DNA of 64,000 nt from Eledone cirrhosa. Its lineage: Eukaryota. The stretch lies in the NCBI GenBank assembly GCA_964016885.1, contig OZ024751.1, forward strand, positions 21,266,001 through 21,330,000. Direction: 5' to 3'. The notes below the pieces were generated by a model that was not told the DNA's origin, ran no database searches, and saw nothing but the letters and a program-made list of their open reading frames with translations. The position numbers and the translations under genes were made by a program. Below are positions 26,867 through 39,194 of the stretch, in pieces; positions within the stretch are counted from its first letter, which is position 1; each line of letters starts with the position of its first letter.

Positions 26867-27642
26867 ATTCTCCATCTTCTTCCATCATTCCATCTTCAAC
26901 ACACATGCTACCGAAGTACCGAACCGCTGATGTTTCCAATGATATTTCTTATTGCCATTGGCTATCTTTGGAAATCAAATGTTTTGTGTTTATTTTCATC
27001 CTATTTCTTTCTTCTCCAACTCCTTTATTGCCTCTTCTTCTTCTTTTTCTTCTAATTCTGTTGTTGCTGTTGTTTTGTATTATTTTCATTTTTTTTTTTA
27101 CGTTCTCCAGTCCTTCGCTTTCTCTCCGTTTATTGATCAGTAAAAGTAATGCCAAGCCAAAACAAACACCAAAAAATCCAAAGCTAAGCAAGTAGAATTG
27201 GATGTGTTGGTGGGTGTTGTGAAGACGGAAGTTAAGCAAAGAATCATTGATGGAAGGAAGGAAGGAAAGAAGGAAGGAAGAAAAGAAGGGAGCAAGTGAT
27301 GCATAAGGGGGGGGGGGTAAGGTGGAAGTTATGTTCTATTGACATCATTTATTGCCAGCTGTTAGGAGATTTAGTTTCAAATAATTCGTTTTATTTTTGT
27401 CACCATCAATATTATTATTATTATTATTATTGAATGCCATGGTTGACGGAGGCTCGGCTCTGTAAGGTATAGTAATTTTTAACCGTTAAAACAATTGTAA
27501 ATTGTTTAAAACTTGAACCAAATTGTTGATAAAGACACCCTCCTCCTCGTGAGAGGGGTCTTTCTGTCCGTTATTTGGCCCTTCGGGGTTAAATAGCCAG
27601 TTATTGGGGTTTTGTACCCAAAATTTCATTTTAAACAAAAAC

Positions 27643-29742
27643 ATGGCTACCAAAAAAAAAAAATTTCATACGTCACTCCCACTCATTCCGTCTTCTTCTT
27701 CCTCAATCATCACTACAGGAGAGAGAAGATTGTCTCTCTCCCTCCCTTCTTTAAATGTGTCTCTCTCCCTACCTTCTCTTTCGCAAGCGACGAAAGAAAA
27801 GAAAAGTCTCGTGCAAAGCGTGCAAGGTTTCTCCACGACGACGACGACAGCGACGAAACAGGTGTGCGGGAAATACGAAAACCCAGTTCATTCGTCTGAC
27901 GTCAGGAATAATAGCAGTAGCAGCCGTAATAACAACAGCAACAGTGACAATGAAAACAACAGTAGCAGCCGCAACAGCATCACCAGCAGCATAAACAACA
28001 ACAGCATTAGCAGCAGCAACACCAACAACAACCACAGCAACAGCGGCGGAGGCAGTAGTCGTAGTACCTGCAGCAACAACAAAAGTACCAGCAGCTCTGA
28101 CGACAACAACAACAGCAGAGAAAAACCAATCTCATTTGCAGGTATTGCGAAAAACCTGGAAACAATCCTCATAACAAATGAGGAATTAGAGGAAGCGAAG
28201 AAGATGGTGACAAAGAACGGACACCGAGCAATCTGCAAGGCAGCGAAAAATTTTTTCGAAACCCAAGAGCACTGTACGGTCACGTACCGTACAGTAAGTA
28301 CAAAATCCCGTAGGGTGGAAAGAGCCACAGAGGCCCAAATACAAAAAGCCTTGGGGTCTGTGTGGCAGAGGAAAACGCACATCACCCGAGGCAAAAAATA
28401 CGCCACCGTAGACGTACTTTTTGCCACACCCCAGGAGGCAAAGGCCCAATCAGTAGTGACCCTAAGGAGCGAAGAAATGGTGTTGGTGCCCTCCTACTGC
28501 GGGCAAAAAATTGTGAGGGTCAAACTGACCCACGTCCCCCCCGGAATGACCCCTTCTTGGCTGGCCGCGTCTGTCCTCGTCGGAATCGAGGACAAAACAA
28601 CTGTACTGCAAGTACAGAAAAAAGTAAGAGAAGATTGGGTCGGCTCCTCCATTGAGATGCTAATCCAAACCAACCAGGAGTGCATCGAAGCTATCCCGGA
28701 TGTGATAGACTTCGATAACGGCACTCAACTGCCCATAAGTGTTGAGGGCAAACGCCCGAAATGCTTTCGCTGTGGATCGAAGACTCACCTCAGGGCCTTC
28801 TGCAACGAGAAGACCCTGAGAAAGGAGAAAACCCCCCTCCTCCCGAATCCGGTTCCACGGCTACCAGCAACAGGACAAGCGGCAACCAGGAACGATAGGT
28901 CCGTGGCACCCATACCCACTCCACGGAAATCAAAGACAGCAGCAGCAGTGGAAATATTAACAACAACAACAGCAATACCAAATGCAGCTGCAACAGAGAC
29001 TCCAGTGCAAACATCACCAACAACAACAAGTGAAAGAGTGGAGCTGGTACCCCTCCCCGACCTTACAGAATCAGACATGGAGTGTGAGGTGGGAGAGGGA
29101 TGGCAAAAGGTCTCAAGAAGGCACAAACGCAGAAGCAGCGCATCGTCGCCTTTGAAAAGGGAGGAAAGAAATGAGAAAAGGGTAAAGTCTACTGCAAAGA
29201 GACCCACAGCAGCAACACCACCAACACCATCACCACCCACACCAGCACCACCATCACCACCGGCGACAACCCCACCGCCAACAACACCTTCAACACCACC
29301 ACCACAAGCACCAACATCGCAAACACAACAACAAAACACACACACCCAGCAACAACGACAAGAAAATAGCAGAACCACACCCCACCCCCAGAAAAACAAA
29401 TGCACGGCAATAAACACACACAACAAGAAACTAATGACTTACATAATTGAACACACAGACATTTCACAACAGGACTACATAATACCAGCACCAATCAAAA
29501 CGCCAACTAACATAAGACTGCTAAAAATAGCACAGAAACAATACACAAACATTAAAACGAAATTCCCCAACGCAGTTGGTGATTTCAGGGACCTAGGAGG
29601 AACCATTAATCGAAGAGTATATTCAGACATTCTCTTAGAAGAGCCGACGACCAGCCGAAGGGACGATTCAACGGTCCCTTCACCAGACGATCAAGTGAAA
29701 AGGGATGTAAAAACCATCCCTCCTCTACCAAAAATACGGTAA
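27643..29742 (+). CDS. T2 ORF1, gag-like protein
   Basis: ATG at 27643; VEGKRPKCFRCGSKTHLRAFC knuckle; Ser/Asn-rich and Pro/Thr-rich linkers. Confidence 0.9.
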   Translation: MATKKKKFHTSLPLIPSSSSSIITTGERRLSLSLPSLNVSLSLPSLSQATKEKKSLVQSVQGFSTTTTTATKQVCGKYENPVHSSDVRNNSSSSRNNNSNSDNENNSSSRNSITSSINNNSISSSNTNNNHSNSGGGSSRSTCSNNKSTSSSDDNNNSREKPISFAGIAKNLETILITNEELEEAKKMVTKNGHRAICKAAKNFFETQEHCTVTYRTVSTKSRRVERATEAQIQKALGSVWQRKTHITRGKKYATVDVLFATPQEAKAQSVVTLRSEEMVLVPSYCGQKIVRVKLTHVPPGMTPSWLAASVLVGIEDKTTVLQVQKKVREDWVGSSIEMLIQTNQECIEAIPDVIDFDNGTQLPISVEGKRPKCFRCGSKTHLRAFCNEKTLRKEKTPLLPNPVPRLPATGQAATRNDRSVAPIPTPRKSKTAAAVEILTTTTAIPNAAATETPVQTSPTTTSERVELVPLPDLTESDMECEVGEGWQKVSRRHKRRSSASSPLKREERNEKRVKSTAKRPTAATPPTPSPPTPAPPSPPATTPPPTTPSTPPPQAPTSQTQQQNTHTQQQRQENSRTTPHPQKNKCTAINTHNKKLMTYIIEHTDISQQDYIIPAPIKTPTNIRLLKIAQKQYTNIKTKFPNAVGDFRDLGGTINRRVYSDILLEEPTTSRRDDSTVPSPDDQVKRDVKTIPPLPKIR

Positions 29743-29777
29743 GTGGTCTTTCCCATCTTTTCCACTCTATTTTAAAC

Positions 29778-32700
29778 ATGACCTCACTCAGAATAGGCAG
29801 CATAAATGCGCGTGGCTTGGGGTCGTCATGGAAGCAGGGTCACCTGCTCAACGACCTCAGGTCACTAAACATAGATGTAGTGGCCATCAGCGAGACCAGA
29901 ATCTCCGAAGCACGGGCCTTCGCACCGATCTTCGGCGGCTACGATGTGTACGCATCTCCCAGCCGTCCTGGATCGGGTGGAGGAGTTGCTGTGCTTTTTC
30001 GGAGAGGTTTGGATCTCGCCATACGGGCCATCTTCCTGGACCCAGAGGGTAAGCTGGTGGTGCTGGACGTGACCAGCGGAGACGGGCAAGCTTTCAGGCT
30101 AGTGGCCGTCTATGCCCCGACAGGAGCAGGGCGGCCTGATTTCTTCCGGCGTCTGGAGACCTTTCTTGGAACGTCGCGCTCTTTAGTGTTAGTGGGCGAC
30201 TGGAACGGGATCTTAGATGCACGCTGGGACTGTGTGGGATTAGCGGATAGGGGTGGAGGGTGCAAGAGCCTCACCAACCTGCTCAGGCGTTTTGAACTGT
30301 CTGACAGGTACCGATTGGATTTCCCGAATGTGCCAATGTGGACTTGGACAAACCGCATAGGGTCATCCAGATCATATCTAGATAGAGTATTTTGTAGGGA
30401 AATAGATAGGTCTAGCATAGGCTGTCCACAATTCAAGATAGTCAGCTACACGGACCACAAATTCGTGATCTGTGTGCTTGACTTAGATAGGCTTCATAGA
30501 CGAGGACCCGGCTACTGGAAGCTAAACGCGTCCTTACCAGCGCGCAAGGCCTACAGAGACCGGATTAGCGAACTAGTTAAGCGGGCGTTGACGGGGGCCA
30601 TCGTCAACAACAAGTGGTGGTTTGCTCTGAAAAGAGCGATTAGAATAGAATCGATTAGGTTTAGTAAGGCTTTAGCAATAGAGAAAAATAGAGCAGAGGG
30701 AGAACTAGTTAGAAAATTAGACGAGGCGCTTAGCAAAGGCATTGCGACCGACGTGCTTGCGGCGAAATTGGCCCTTGACCAATTCTTCAATGCAAAGCAC
30801 GAAGGCTGCGTTGTCAGAGCTAGGGTGCGTGCTCTCAGACACGAGGGGACGAAAGCCGTTCAATGGGCCCGAGTGGCGGAGGCGCGTCGTGGCAACAAAG
30901 CCACGATCCGGTCTTTGGTGGACCACGACGGGCGCATGCTACTCGATCCCGGGCAAATGTGTGAAGCTTTTCAGCGACACTTCGCTCAGCTGTTCGGGGG
31001 CAGCGGGGGGCCGGGTAGAGGGATGGACTTTAGTGTCTACCTCGACGGACTGCCGCGGCTCTCGGCCACTGAGGCGAAGTGTTGCGAAAAGCCGATAACA
31101 GCCGCTGAAGTAAGGGAGGCAATGACTGGCTGCACAAGGGGTAAATCGCCTGGTTTGGATGGTCTGCCCTATGAACTTTACGTACAGATGCCAGACTTGT
31201 TCGGAGGCCTCTTGGCGGACGTCTACTGCAACTGGCAACAGAACGGGAGAATTCCCAGTTCTGTGAGCCGAGGAGCGGTGGCACTGCTGAGAAAGGATCC
31301 GAACAAGGGGGATAACATAGACAATTTCCGGCCCATAACTCTGCTAAACACAGAGTTTAAGATTTTGGCCAAGGTGCTAGCAAAGAGGTTGGCGCTTGTC
31401 GTTGGTGGTCTGGTGGGAGAGGCGCAGACATGCGCCATTCCCGACAGATCCATCCACGACAACCTCCACCTCATGCGATACATCGTAGAGAGGGTAGCTA
31501 GGGAACCTGGCACGGGTGGGTCCTTGATCAATTTAGATCAGTCGAAAGCTTTCGATAGGGTCGACCATCGTTACCTAGCGGCAGTCCTGAGGGCGGCTGG
31601 CTTTGGGCCCGTCTTCAGAGGCTGGATCGCTGCCATGCACAGCGACATCTGCTCTGTGGTGAGAGTGAACGGTCACCTGTCGGAACCGTTCAACATCATG
31701 CGCTCGGTCCGCCAAGGATGTCCCCTCTCGTCCCTCTTGTACGTATTGACTCTCGAGCCATTACTGCACAAACTGGAGACGTTGAGGGGAGTCCCGCGCG
31801 AACTAGGATGCGGAAGATCCGTGTCAGCATATGCGGACGATGTCACCGTAGTGGTGTCGAACGCCAAACACATCGAGGCGATCGGCACTACACTAAGAGA
31901 ATACGAAGCGGTGACAGGAGCAATGATCAACCAGGAAAAGTCAGTGGGCCTGCAGCTCGGCACCTGGAGAGGCAGGTCCATGCCGTCCAACAGCGTCGTC
32001 GGGCGCTGGACGGACGGACCGGTTAAATTGCTAGGGGTCTGGTTCGGTCCGGACCTCCAGACGGACAAAAACTGGGACGAGGTGACGAGCAGGGTGGCTT
32101 CTCTCACCCAGAAATGGGCGGAGAGGAAGCTATCCCTGAAAGGTCGAGCGGAGGTGGCTAACGCGTACATCGCGTCTGTCATCTGCTACCGCCTAACCGT
32201 CGTACCTTGTCCTAAGCCTCGCCTGACTGCGCTGGAGCGTTTGCTCTTTCGCTTTTTGTGGAAGGGACGTGCTCCGATGGTCAGGCGGTCCATCTGTTGT
32301 CAACACCCGCTACGTGGAGGGCTGGGCATGCCGTGGCTGATGATGCGCAGGCACGCGCTCAGGCTACGACATCTCCACCTCTTCCTCGACGGTGATCAGG
32401 TGTGGTCGCCGTTTGCTAGACGCGTTTTTCCCCAGCTCGTTTCCTTGACGGAGCTGCAGTCCTGGGTCAAGCGAAGACCGAGAGGGAGCGCCTGGAGACT
32501 GGAATGTCTTCAGGCGCTCACAGCCCTCGACCAATCGGGCAATGTGATCGGTGGAAACTCCACCTCGGCGTTCTATAGAGGATTAGTGGAGGGGAAGAGC
32601 GACGACGTACTTGGGGAAACTCTAGGCGTCGACGAAAATCAACTAGCCAATCTCTTCGGAAGAACCTTCGGGCCAGGGCCTATGGACAACTTCCAGAAAT

Positions 32701-33197
32701 CTCTGGCCTGGCAGTGCTACCGAGGAGCCTTGCCAGTTCGGGATAAACTCTACAGGCATGGAGGTGCCGTCAGCCGGGCATGTCCGAGATGCGCGCAGGG
32801 CGACGAAACCGTCCTGCACGCACTCGTCCAGTGTCCGAAAATTGCTGACTTGTGGGTTTATGTCGAACACCTGCTGTCGCGTTTAGGACGGATCCAGCTA
32901 TCATCTGAGTCTATCGTGAGGATTGCCCCGCCCTCCTCCTTTAGCCGGGAAGGGCAGGCAGTTTTTATCTGTCTGGTGGCCATGGCGAAAGAGATAGTAT
33001 GGTGGACACGTTTGAAAGGGCTGAAGACGAGCACTTACCTCTTCGGTGATGCTCTGATTGACTTTTTCAAATTTCATTTGAAAAGGAAAATCAGAGTAGA
33101 GAAGGAAGTGCTCTCTTCCCAGCATTTTGTTGAAAGATGGGTGAGAGAAGCAAGAATGGCCCGAGTGAATGGGCCGACTCTGAGTATATATCTGTAA
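29778..33197 (+). CDS. T2 ORF2, APE endonuclease + RT + CCHC
   Basis: 1139 aa; INARG, SETR, GDWN, YLDR and TDH; YADD; CPRC..H..C; colinear with T1 ORF2. Confidence 0.96.
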   Translation: MTSLRIGSINARGLGSSWKQGHLLNDLRSLNIDVVAISETRISEARAFAPIFGGYDVYASPSRPGSGGGVAVLFRRGLDLAIRAIFLDPEGKLVVLDVTSGDGQAFRLVAVYAPTGAGRPDFFRRLETFLGTSRSLVLVGDWNGILDARWDCVGLADRGGGCKSLTNLLRRFELSDRYRLDFPNVPMWTWTNRIGSSRSYLDRVFCREIDRSSIGCPQFKIVSYTDHKFVICVLDLDRLHRRGPGYWKLNASLPARKAYRDRISELVKRALTGAIVNNKWWFALKRAIRIESIRFSKALAIEKNRAEGELVRKLDEALSKGIATDVLAAKLALDQFFNAKHEGCVVRARVRALRHEGTKAVQWARVAEARRGNKATIRSLVDHDGRMLLDPGQMCEAFQRHFAQLFGGSGGPGRGMDFSVYLDGLPRLSATEAKCCEKPITAAEVREAMTGCTRGKSPGLDGLPYELYVQMPDLFGGLLADVYCNWQQNGRIPSSVSRGAVALLRKDPNKGDNIDNFRPITLLNTEFKILAKVLAKRLALVVGGLVGEAQTCAIPDRSIHDNLHLMRYIVERVAREPGTGGSLINLDQSKAFDRVDHRYLAAVLRAAGFGPVFRGWIAAMHSDICSVVRVNGHLSEPFNIMRSVRQGCPLSSLLYVLTLEPLLHKLETLRGVPRELGCGRSVSAYADDVTVVVSNAKHIEAIGTTLREYEAVTGAMINQEKSVGLQLGTWRGRSMPSNSVVGRWTDGPVKLLGVWFGPDLQTDKNWDEVTSRVASLTQKWAERKLSLKGRAEVANAYIASVICYRLTVVPCPKPRLTALERLLFRFLWKGRAPMVRRSICCQHPLRGGLGMPWLMMRRHALRLRHLHLFLDGDQVWSPFARRVFPQLVSLTELQSWVKRRPRGSAWRLECLQALTALDQSGNVIGGNSTSAFYRGLVEGKSDDVLGETLGVDENQLANLFGRTFGPGPMDNFQKSLAWQCYRGALPVRDKLYRHGGAVSRACPRCAQGDETVLHALVQCPKIADLWVYVEHLLSRLGRIQLSSESIVRIAPPSSFSREGQAVFICLVAMAKEIVWWTRLKGLKTSTYLFGDALIDFFKFHLKRKIRVEKEVLSSQHFVERWVREARMARVNGPTLSIYL

Positions 33198-33458
33198 ACT
33201 AAAGGTGGAAAACTGGGAGAGGGCACTTGCCTTGGTGGTCAGGGTCATTGTGGCTTTTTACTGGGCTTTCTCCACAAATGTCCCTCCGAAGTCTCCCCCC
33301 TATTGGGGAATTTTTCATTGTTATTTTCATTGTTATTTTTGTTACATCCTCTATTTTTGTTTTTTTTACACGCAGAAATGCCCATTTGTACCGTCCTGCA
33401 TTGTCCTGCACTGTCCTTAATGTCTACTTTATGTAAACCCTTGTGGTTAATAAAGAAA

Positions 33459-33504
<46 letters not shown>

Positions 33505-34450
33505 CATCAGTATTATCGCTCTTGTTGCCGTTGACAATAGTTATTATCATACTGTGTTTGCGGAGGTAGTATTTGTTGGGGGTGGTTTGTTGTTGGAGAA
33601 GATGATGTTGGTAATGGTGATGGTGTTGTTGTGAAGGTCGTGTGTGTGGAGGTGATGTTTGTGGAGATGGTGTTGATGGAAGCAGCAATAGTTATGGTGT
33701 TGATATTGGTAGTGATATTGGTGGTGTTGCCGATGGTGTAGTTGGTTCTGGTGCTGTTGTTGTTGTCGTCGTTGTTGTTGTTGTTGTTGTTGTTGTAGCT
33801 GATTGAGGAGAACTAAGTACGAAACTAATTCTGCAACACACGAAACAGCACTACTTAACTCCCTTACCGACCCCTACAACAGAACCCTGTAACACATTTA
33901 TTTGAAATAAACATAGAAACTGGGGAAAAAGACTCACAATTATACATAAGAAAGAGAATCGGGTTAATAGCTCCAGAAAGACAACCATAACACCCAAAGA
34001 TCATAAAGATGATCGCCACACAAAACTAACTCAACAAAGCCCAACTTCGAAAAGTCTGGAATGCATTTCTAGATTAAATTATTCCCAACATTAAAAACAA
34101 TTCATGCCTAACTCAATGGAAAATACAAATGCAATGATAAAATGAATTTTTGTATCAAGTTGTTTATGTAATTTATCGTTTGAAAGAAAGCACAGCACTC
34201 TCCACACAATCACCACCACAAGATCTTGCAACTGTTAAAATACCCATAACAGCCACTTGACCATAAACGCCTCCATAAAGCCGTAGTTTACTTCATTAAA
34301 GTTACCACACACTCTTCAAATAGACATTAACCTGACCTCACATCAAATGAATTCATGATCTACTTCAGACGCTTCCCGAGTAGAGATTGTGCTTACTACG
34401 TACACATGTCTGTCTGTGTGCATTAATATTGTTGGAAGATGCGCGCATGA

Positions 34451-34497
<47 letters not shown>

Positions 34498-34503
34498 CGT
34501 GTG

Positions 34504-34535
<32 letters not shown>

Positions 34536-34766
34536 TGTATGTATGTATGTATGTATGTATGTATGTATGTATGTATATATAATAAGTGAATTCCCGATGT
34601 ATATCGGGAGATAAATAGACTTAAAAAGGGTGCTCAATACAATAGCAGAGGATAAGAACCTGTATTTTATTATAGAAATGACTTCGACCGATAGATAGTA
34701 CTAGCAACTGGAAAGACCAACGGAAACATTGTTTCCTCGGTCCGATTTGACGAAAGAAGATCGATC

Positions 34767-34952
<186 letters not shown>

Positions 34953-35081
34953 GATAATAACTAAAATAAGTTATTAGGACAATAGAAACGCGTAAAGCGA
35001 GTGAGACAAGTAAACAACACAGGAGGAAGCTAACCGAAGATGGATATATATATATATGTGTGTGTGTGTGTTTGTATGAGC

Positions 35082-35148
<67 letters not shown>

Positions 35149-35418
35149 CTTGGAGAGGTGATGGGTTCCACCAGGTTTTATTTTAAAATGTCCAAGATAC
35201 GCCTTATATAACTACAGTGTGGTACCTGACGTCTTCTGTAGGAGTTACAGATTCATTCTATTCGCAAGAAATTGCCAGTAACTCATTGCAGTAAACCACA
35301 TCGCCTTGTGGTCCGAGTTACAGAAACAATTTCCTGTTACGGTCACCACCGTAAAATACAGTAACCAACGACATTATAAAATCTGAGAGAGAGGGGGGGG
35401 GGAGATAGAGAGGGGAGA

Positions 35419-35488
<70 letters not shown>

Positions 35489-35961
35489 AATAAATAAAGA
35501 CAGAAAGAAAGAAAGAAAGAAAGAAATAAAGAGAGAAAGAGAAAAGGTTACAGTGTGAGGACGACGTTGGCGAAAGAGAGAGATTGACCAAGAAAACAAG
35601 TGAGAGAGAGAGAGAGAGATTGACCAAGAAAACAATGATTGGTGAGAAAGAGAGAGAGAGAGAGAACAATACTAGTTTGAGTTAAAAAGACAGAGAGAGA
35701 GATAGAAAGATAGAGAGAGAAAGGGACAGAAACAAAAGAGAAAAAAATAATAAAAGTATTCAAAAACAAACGAACACAAAATAAATTGTCAAAACCAAAA
35801 TGGCGGATATTTTTGGAGTTAGTGATAGATTTTTTTTCTGGATGTTTGTGTGTGGTTGTGTGTATATATATGTGCGGCATTTGTGTATATGTGCGTCTGT
35901 GTGGTGGTGTATGTATGCGTGAATGTGTGCGTGTGTGTTTGTGTGTGTATATATATATATA

Positions 35962-36059
<98 letters not shown>

Positions 36060-36212
36060 CATATATATATATATACATATATATAATATATTTGTGTTTG
36101 TGTATATATATATATATATATAATAAATTTATGTGTGTGCGTATATTTACATATATAATATATTTATGCGCGTGTATGTATCTATATATTAGTGTATGTG
36201 TAAATATATATA

Positions 36213-36291
<79 letters not shown>

Positions 36292-36599
36292 TGTGTGTAA
36301 TATTTGGCCGTATTCGTGTGGGTGATCAACAATTCCTATAATTCCGACATTTATGCCGTAGGGATGTAAAAGTAGTTAAGGCACGTGTGTCTGTGTGTGT
36401 GCGTGTGTGTGTGTGTGTGTGTGCATGCGTGTATTTGTATGTATATATGTATGTATATGTGTGTGTAGATACTCGTGTGGGAGATCATCTTTTGTTTCTA
36501 GTTCACCATTTATGCCAAGAGAGGTGTTAAGTTAATTTAAACATATTTAAGGGTACGTGTGTGTATGTATATATGTGCATATGTGTGTGTTTGTGTATG

Positions 36600-36799
36600 N
36601 NNNNNNNNNNNNNNNNNNNNNNNNNNNNNNNNNNNNNNNNNNNNNNNNNNNNNNNNNNNNNNNNNNNNNNNNNNNNNNNNNNNNNNNNNNNNNNNNNNNN
36701 NNNNNNNNNNNNNNNNNNNNNNNNNNNNNNNNNNNNNNNNNNNNNNNNNNNNNNNNNNNNNNNNNNNNNNNNNNNNNNNNNNNNNNNNNNNNNNNNNNN
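36600..36799. other. Assembly gap
   Basis: 200 N. Confidence 1.
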
Positions 36800-37351
36800 A
36801 TACGTACATACATACATACATACATACATACATACATACATACATACATACATACATACATACATACGTACGTACGTACGTACGTACGTACATACATACA
36901 TACATACATACATACATACATACGTACGTACGTACGTACGTACGTACGTACATACATACATACATACATACATACATACATACATACATACATACATACA
37001 TACATACATACATACATACATACATACATACATACATACATACATACATACATACATACATACATACACCCAATAATTTACTCCAGAAATCCTCATTGCC
37101 ATCAATATGTCCCAATTAAACCATTCTTTCTCGCTGCTCTAAATTATCTTAGAATTAAAACAAAATTTAAAAGCCAACAATCTTAACATTAAAATAGATA
37201 TTTTATATGCCTTTTATATGTTTTTAGACGTTTTTTATGTTTATTATTAGTTTTCCTTTTTGAAATTTATTAATTAAAAAGTAAATAAACAAAGATCTGA
37301 ATGAAATCTTGTTTCTTTCATGTATTGTTGCTGTGCTATGTATTCAGGCGA

Positions 37352-38290
37352 TGTGTGTGTGTATGTATTAGTGTAATGTGTAATGTGTGTGTGTGTATGT
37401 ATTTGTGTAATGTGTGTGTATTAGAGTAATGTGTGTGTATGTATTAGTGTAATGTGTGTGTATGTATTAGTGTAATGTGTGTGTGTGTATGTATTTGTGT
37501 AATGTGTGTGTATGTATTAGTGTAATGTGTGTGTATGTATTAGTGTAATGTGTGTGTGTGTATGTATTTGTGTAATGTGAGTGTATGTATTTGTGTAAAG
37601 TGTGTGTATGTATTAGTGTAATGTGTGCGTATGTATTTGTGTAAAGTGTGTGTATGTATTAGTGTAATGTGTGTGTATGTATTAGTGTAATGTGTGTGTG
37701 TGTATGTATTTGTGTAATGTGTGTGTATGTATTTGTGTAATGTGTGTGTATGTATTAGTGTAATGTGTGTGTATGTATTTGTGTAAAGTATGTGTATGTA
37801 TTAGTGTAATGTGTGTGTATGTATTAGTGTAATGTGTGTGTGTGTATGTATTTGTGTAATGTGTGTGTATGTATTAGTGTAATATGTGTGTATGTATTAG
37901 TGTAATGTGTGTGTGTGTATGTATGTGTGTAATGTGTGTATATGTATTTGTGTAATGTGTGTGTATGTATTAGTGTAATGTGTGTGTATGTATTTGTGTA
38001 AAGTGTGTGTATGTATTAGTGTAATGTGTGTGTATGTATTTGTGTAAAGTGTGTGTATGTATTAGTGTAATGTGTGTGTATGTATTTGTGTAAAGTGTGT
38101 GTATGTATTAGTGTAATGTGTGTGTATGTATTTGTGTAAAGTGTGTGTATGTATTAGTGTAATGTGTGTGTATGTATTTGTGTAATATGTGTGTATGTAT
38201 TAGTGTAATGTGTGTGTGTGTGTATGTATTTGTGTAATGTGTGTGTATGTATTAGTGAAATGTGTGTGTGTATGTATTTGTGTAATGCGT
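37352..38290. repeat. 22-26-bp minisatellite GTGTAA(TG)nTATGTATT(A/T)
   Basis: About 40 tandem units. Confidence 0.92.
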
Positions 38291-38608
38291 GTGCGTGTGT
38301 ATTACGGTGTGCATGCGTCAGTTTGTGTATAAATATGAGTGTACATATATGAGCGTTTGTGTGTATATATATATGTATATACATGAATATATATATATAT
38401 ATATGTGTCTGTGTGTGTGTGTGTTTATCTGTGTGTGTGTTTGTGTGTGTTTGTGTGTGTGTTTGTGTGTATGTATGTGTGTTTGTATGTGTATAGTATA
38501 GTATAGACACATACAAACACATATATTAGTAGTGTATGTACATATCTATGTATGTATGTTTGTATATATATATGTATGTATATTTGTGTGAATGTATGTA
38601 TGTAAGCC

Positions 38609-38640
<32 letters not shown>

Positions 38641-38742
38641 TGTATGTATATTTGTATGTATGTATGTATGTATATTTGTATGTATGTATGTATGTATGTA
38701 TGTATGTATGTATGTATGCCTATATGTATGTATGGATGTATG

Positions 38743-38776
<34 letters not shown>

Positions 38777-38806
38777 TGTATGTATATATGTATGTATGTA
38801 TGTATG

Positions 38807-39194
38807 TTCTTCTGGTTTTATAATTTCACAAAGTTTTACCAATAGAGAGAGAGTCGGTTTCTAACATAGACACAATACTCTCTCATTGGAATTTACACAA
38901 CATCAACGAGGTAGATATGTATGTATGCATGTGTAGATATGGATGTTATTGTATGTGTGGGTGTGGATGTTTTGAGTTGTATGTGTGCATGTGTATATGC
39001 TTTGCATCTGTACATATGTATATGCAGTTATTAGATACACAATTTATGGAATGTTCTACATATTTTTACTGTTCCATTAATGGATTGTACTTGTAATTTC
39101 CTAACTAGTTGTGTTCTTTCTGTTCCTGTGAAGCCTAGCTTCTCAAGATTTGTATTGAGGCAGTTACTAACATATCCCAGTGCCCCAATAATCA
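38807..39194 (-). mobile_element. 3' fragment of an RLE-type (R4/Dong-like) retrotransposon ending in (ATAC)n
   Basis: VIIGALGYV..LEKLGF..LQVQSINGTVKICRTF, homologous to the C-terminus of the 54.5-kb fragment. Confidence 0.78.

Larger units (their letters stand above)
27432..33460 (+). mobile_element. Full-length L1/Tx1-clade retrotransposon (element T2) inserted in an (ATT)n microsatellite
   Basis: Two intact ORFs; 3' end CCCTTGTGGTTAATAAAGAAATC; (ATT)n at 27411-27431 and from 33461. Confidence 0.95.

Noticed and set aside
27538-27553. HDV-like ribozyme (CCTCCTCGTG) in the T2 5'UTR
   Set aside because: Could not build the nested double pseudoknot; a simple hairpin explains the pairing
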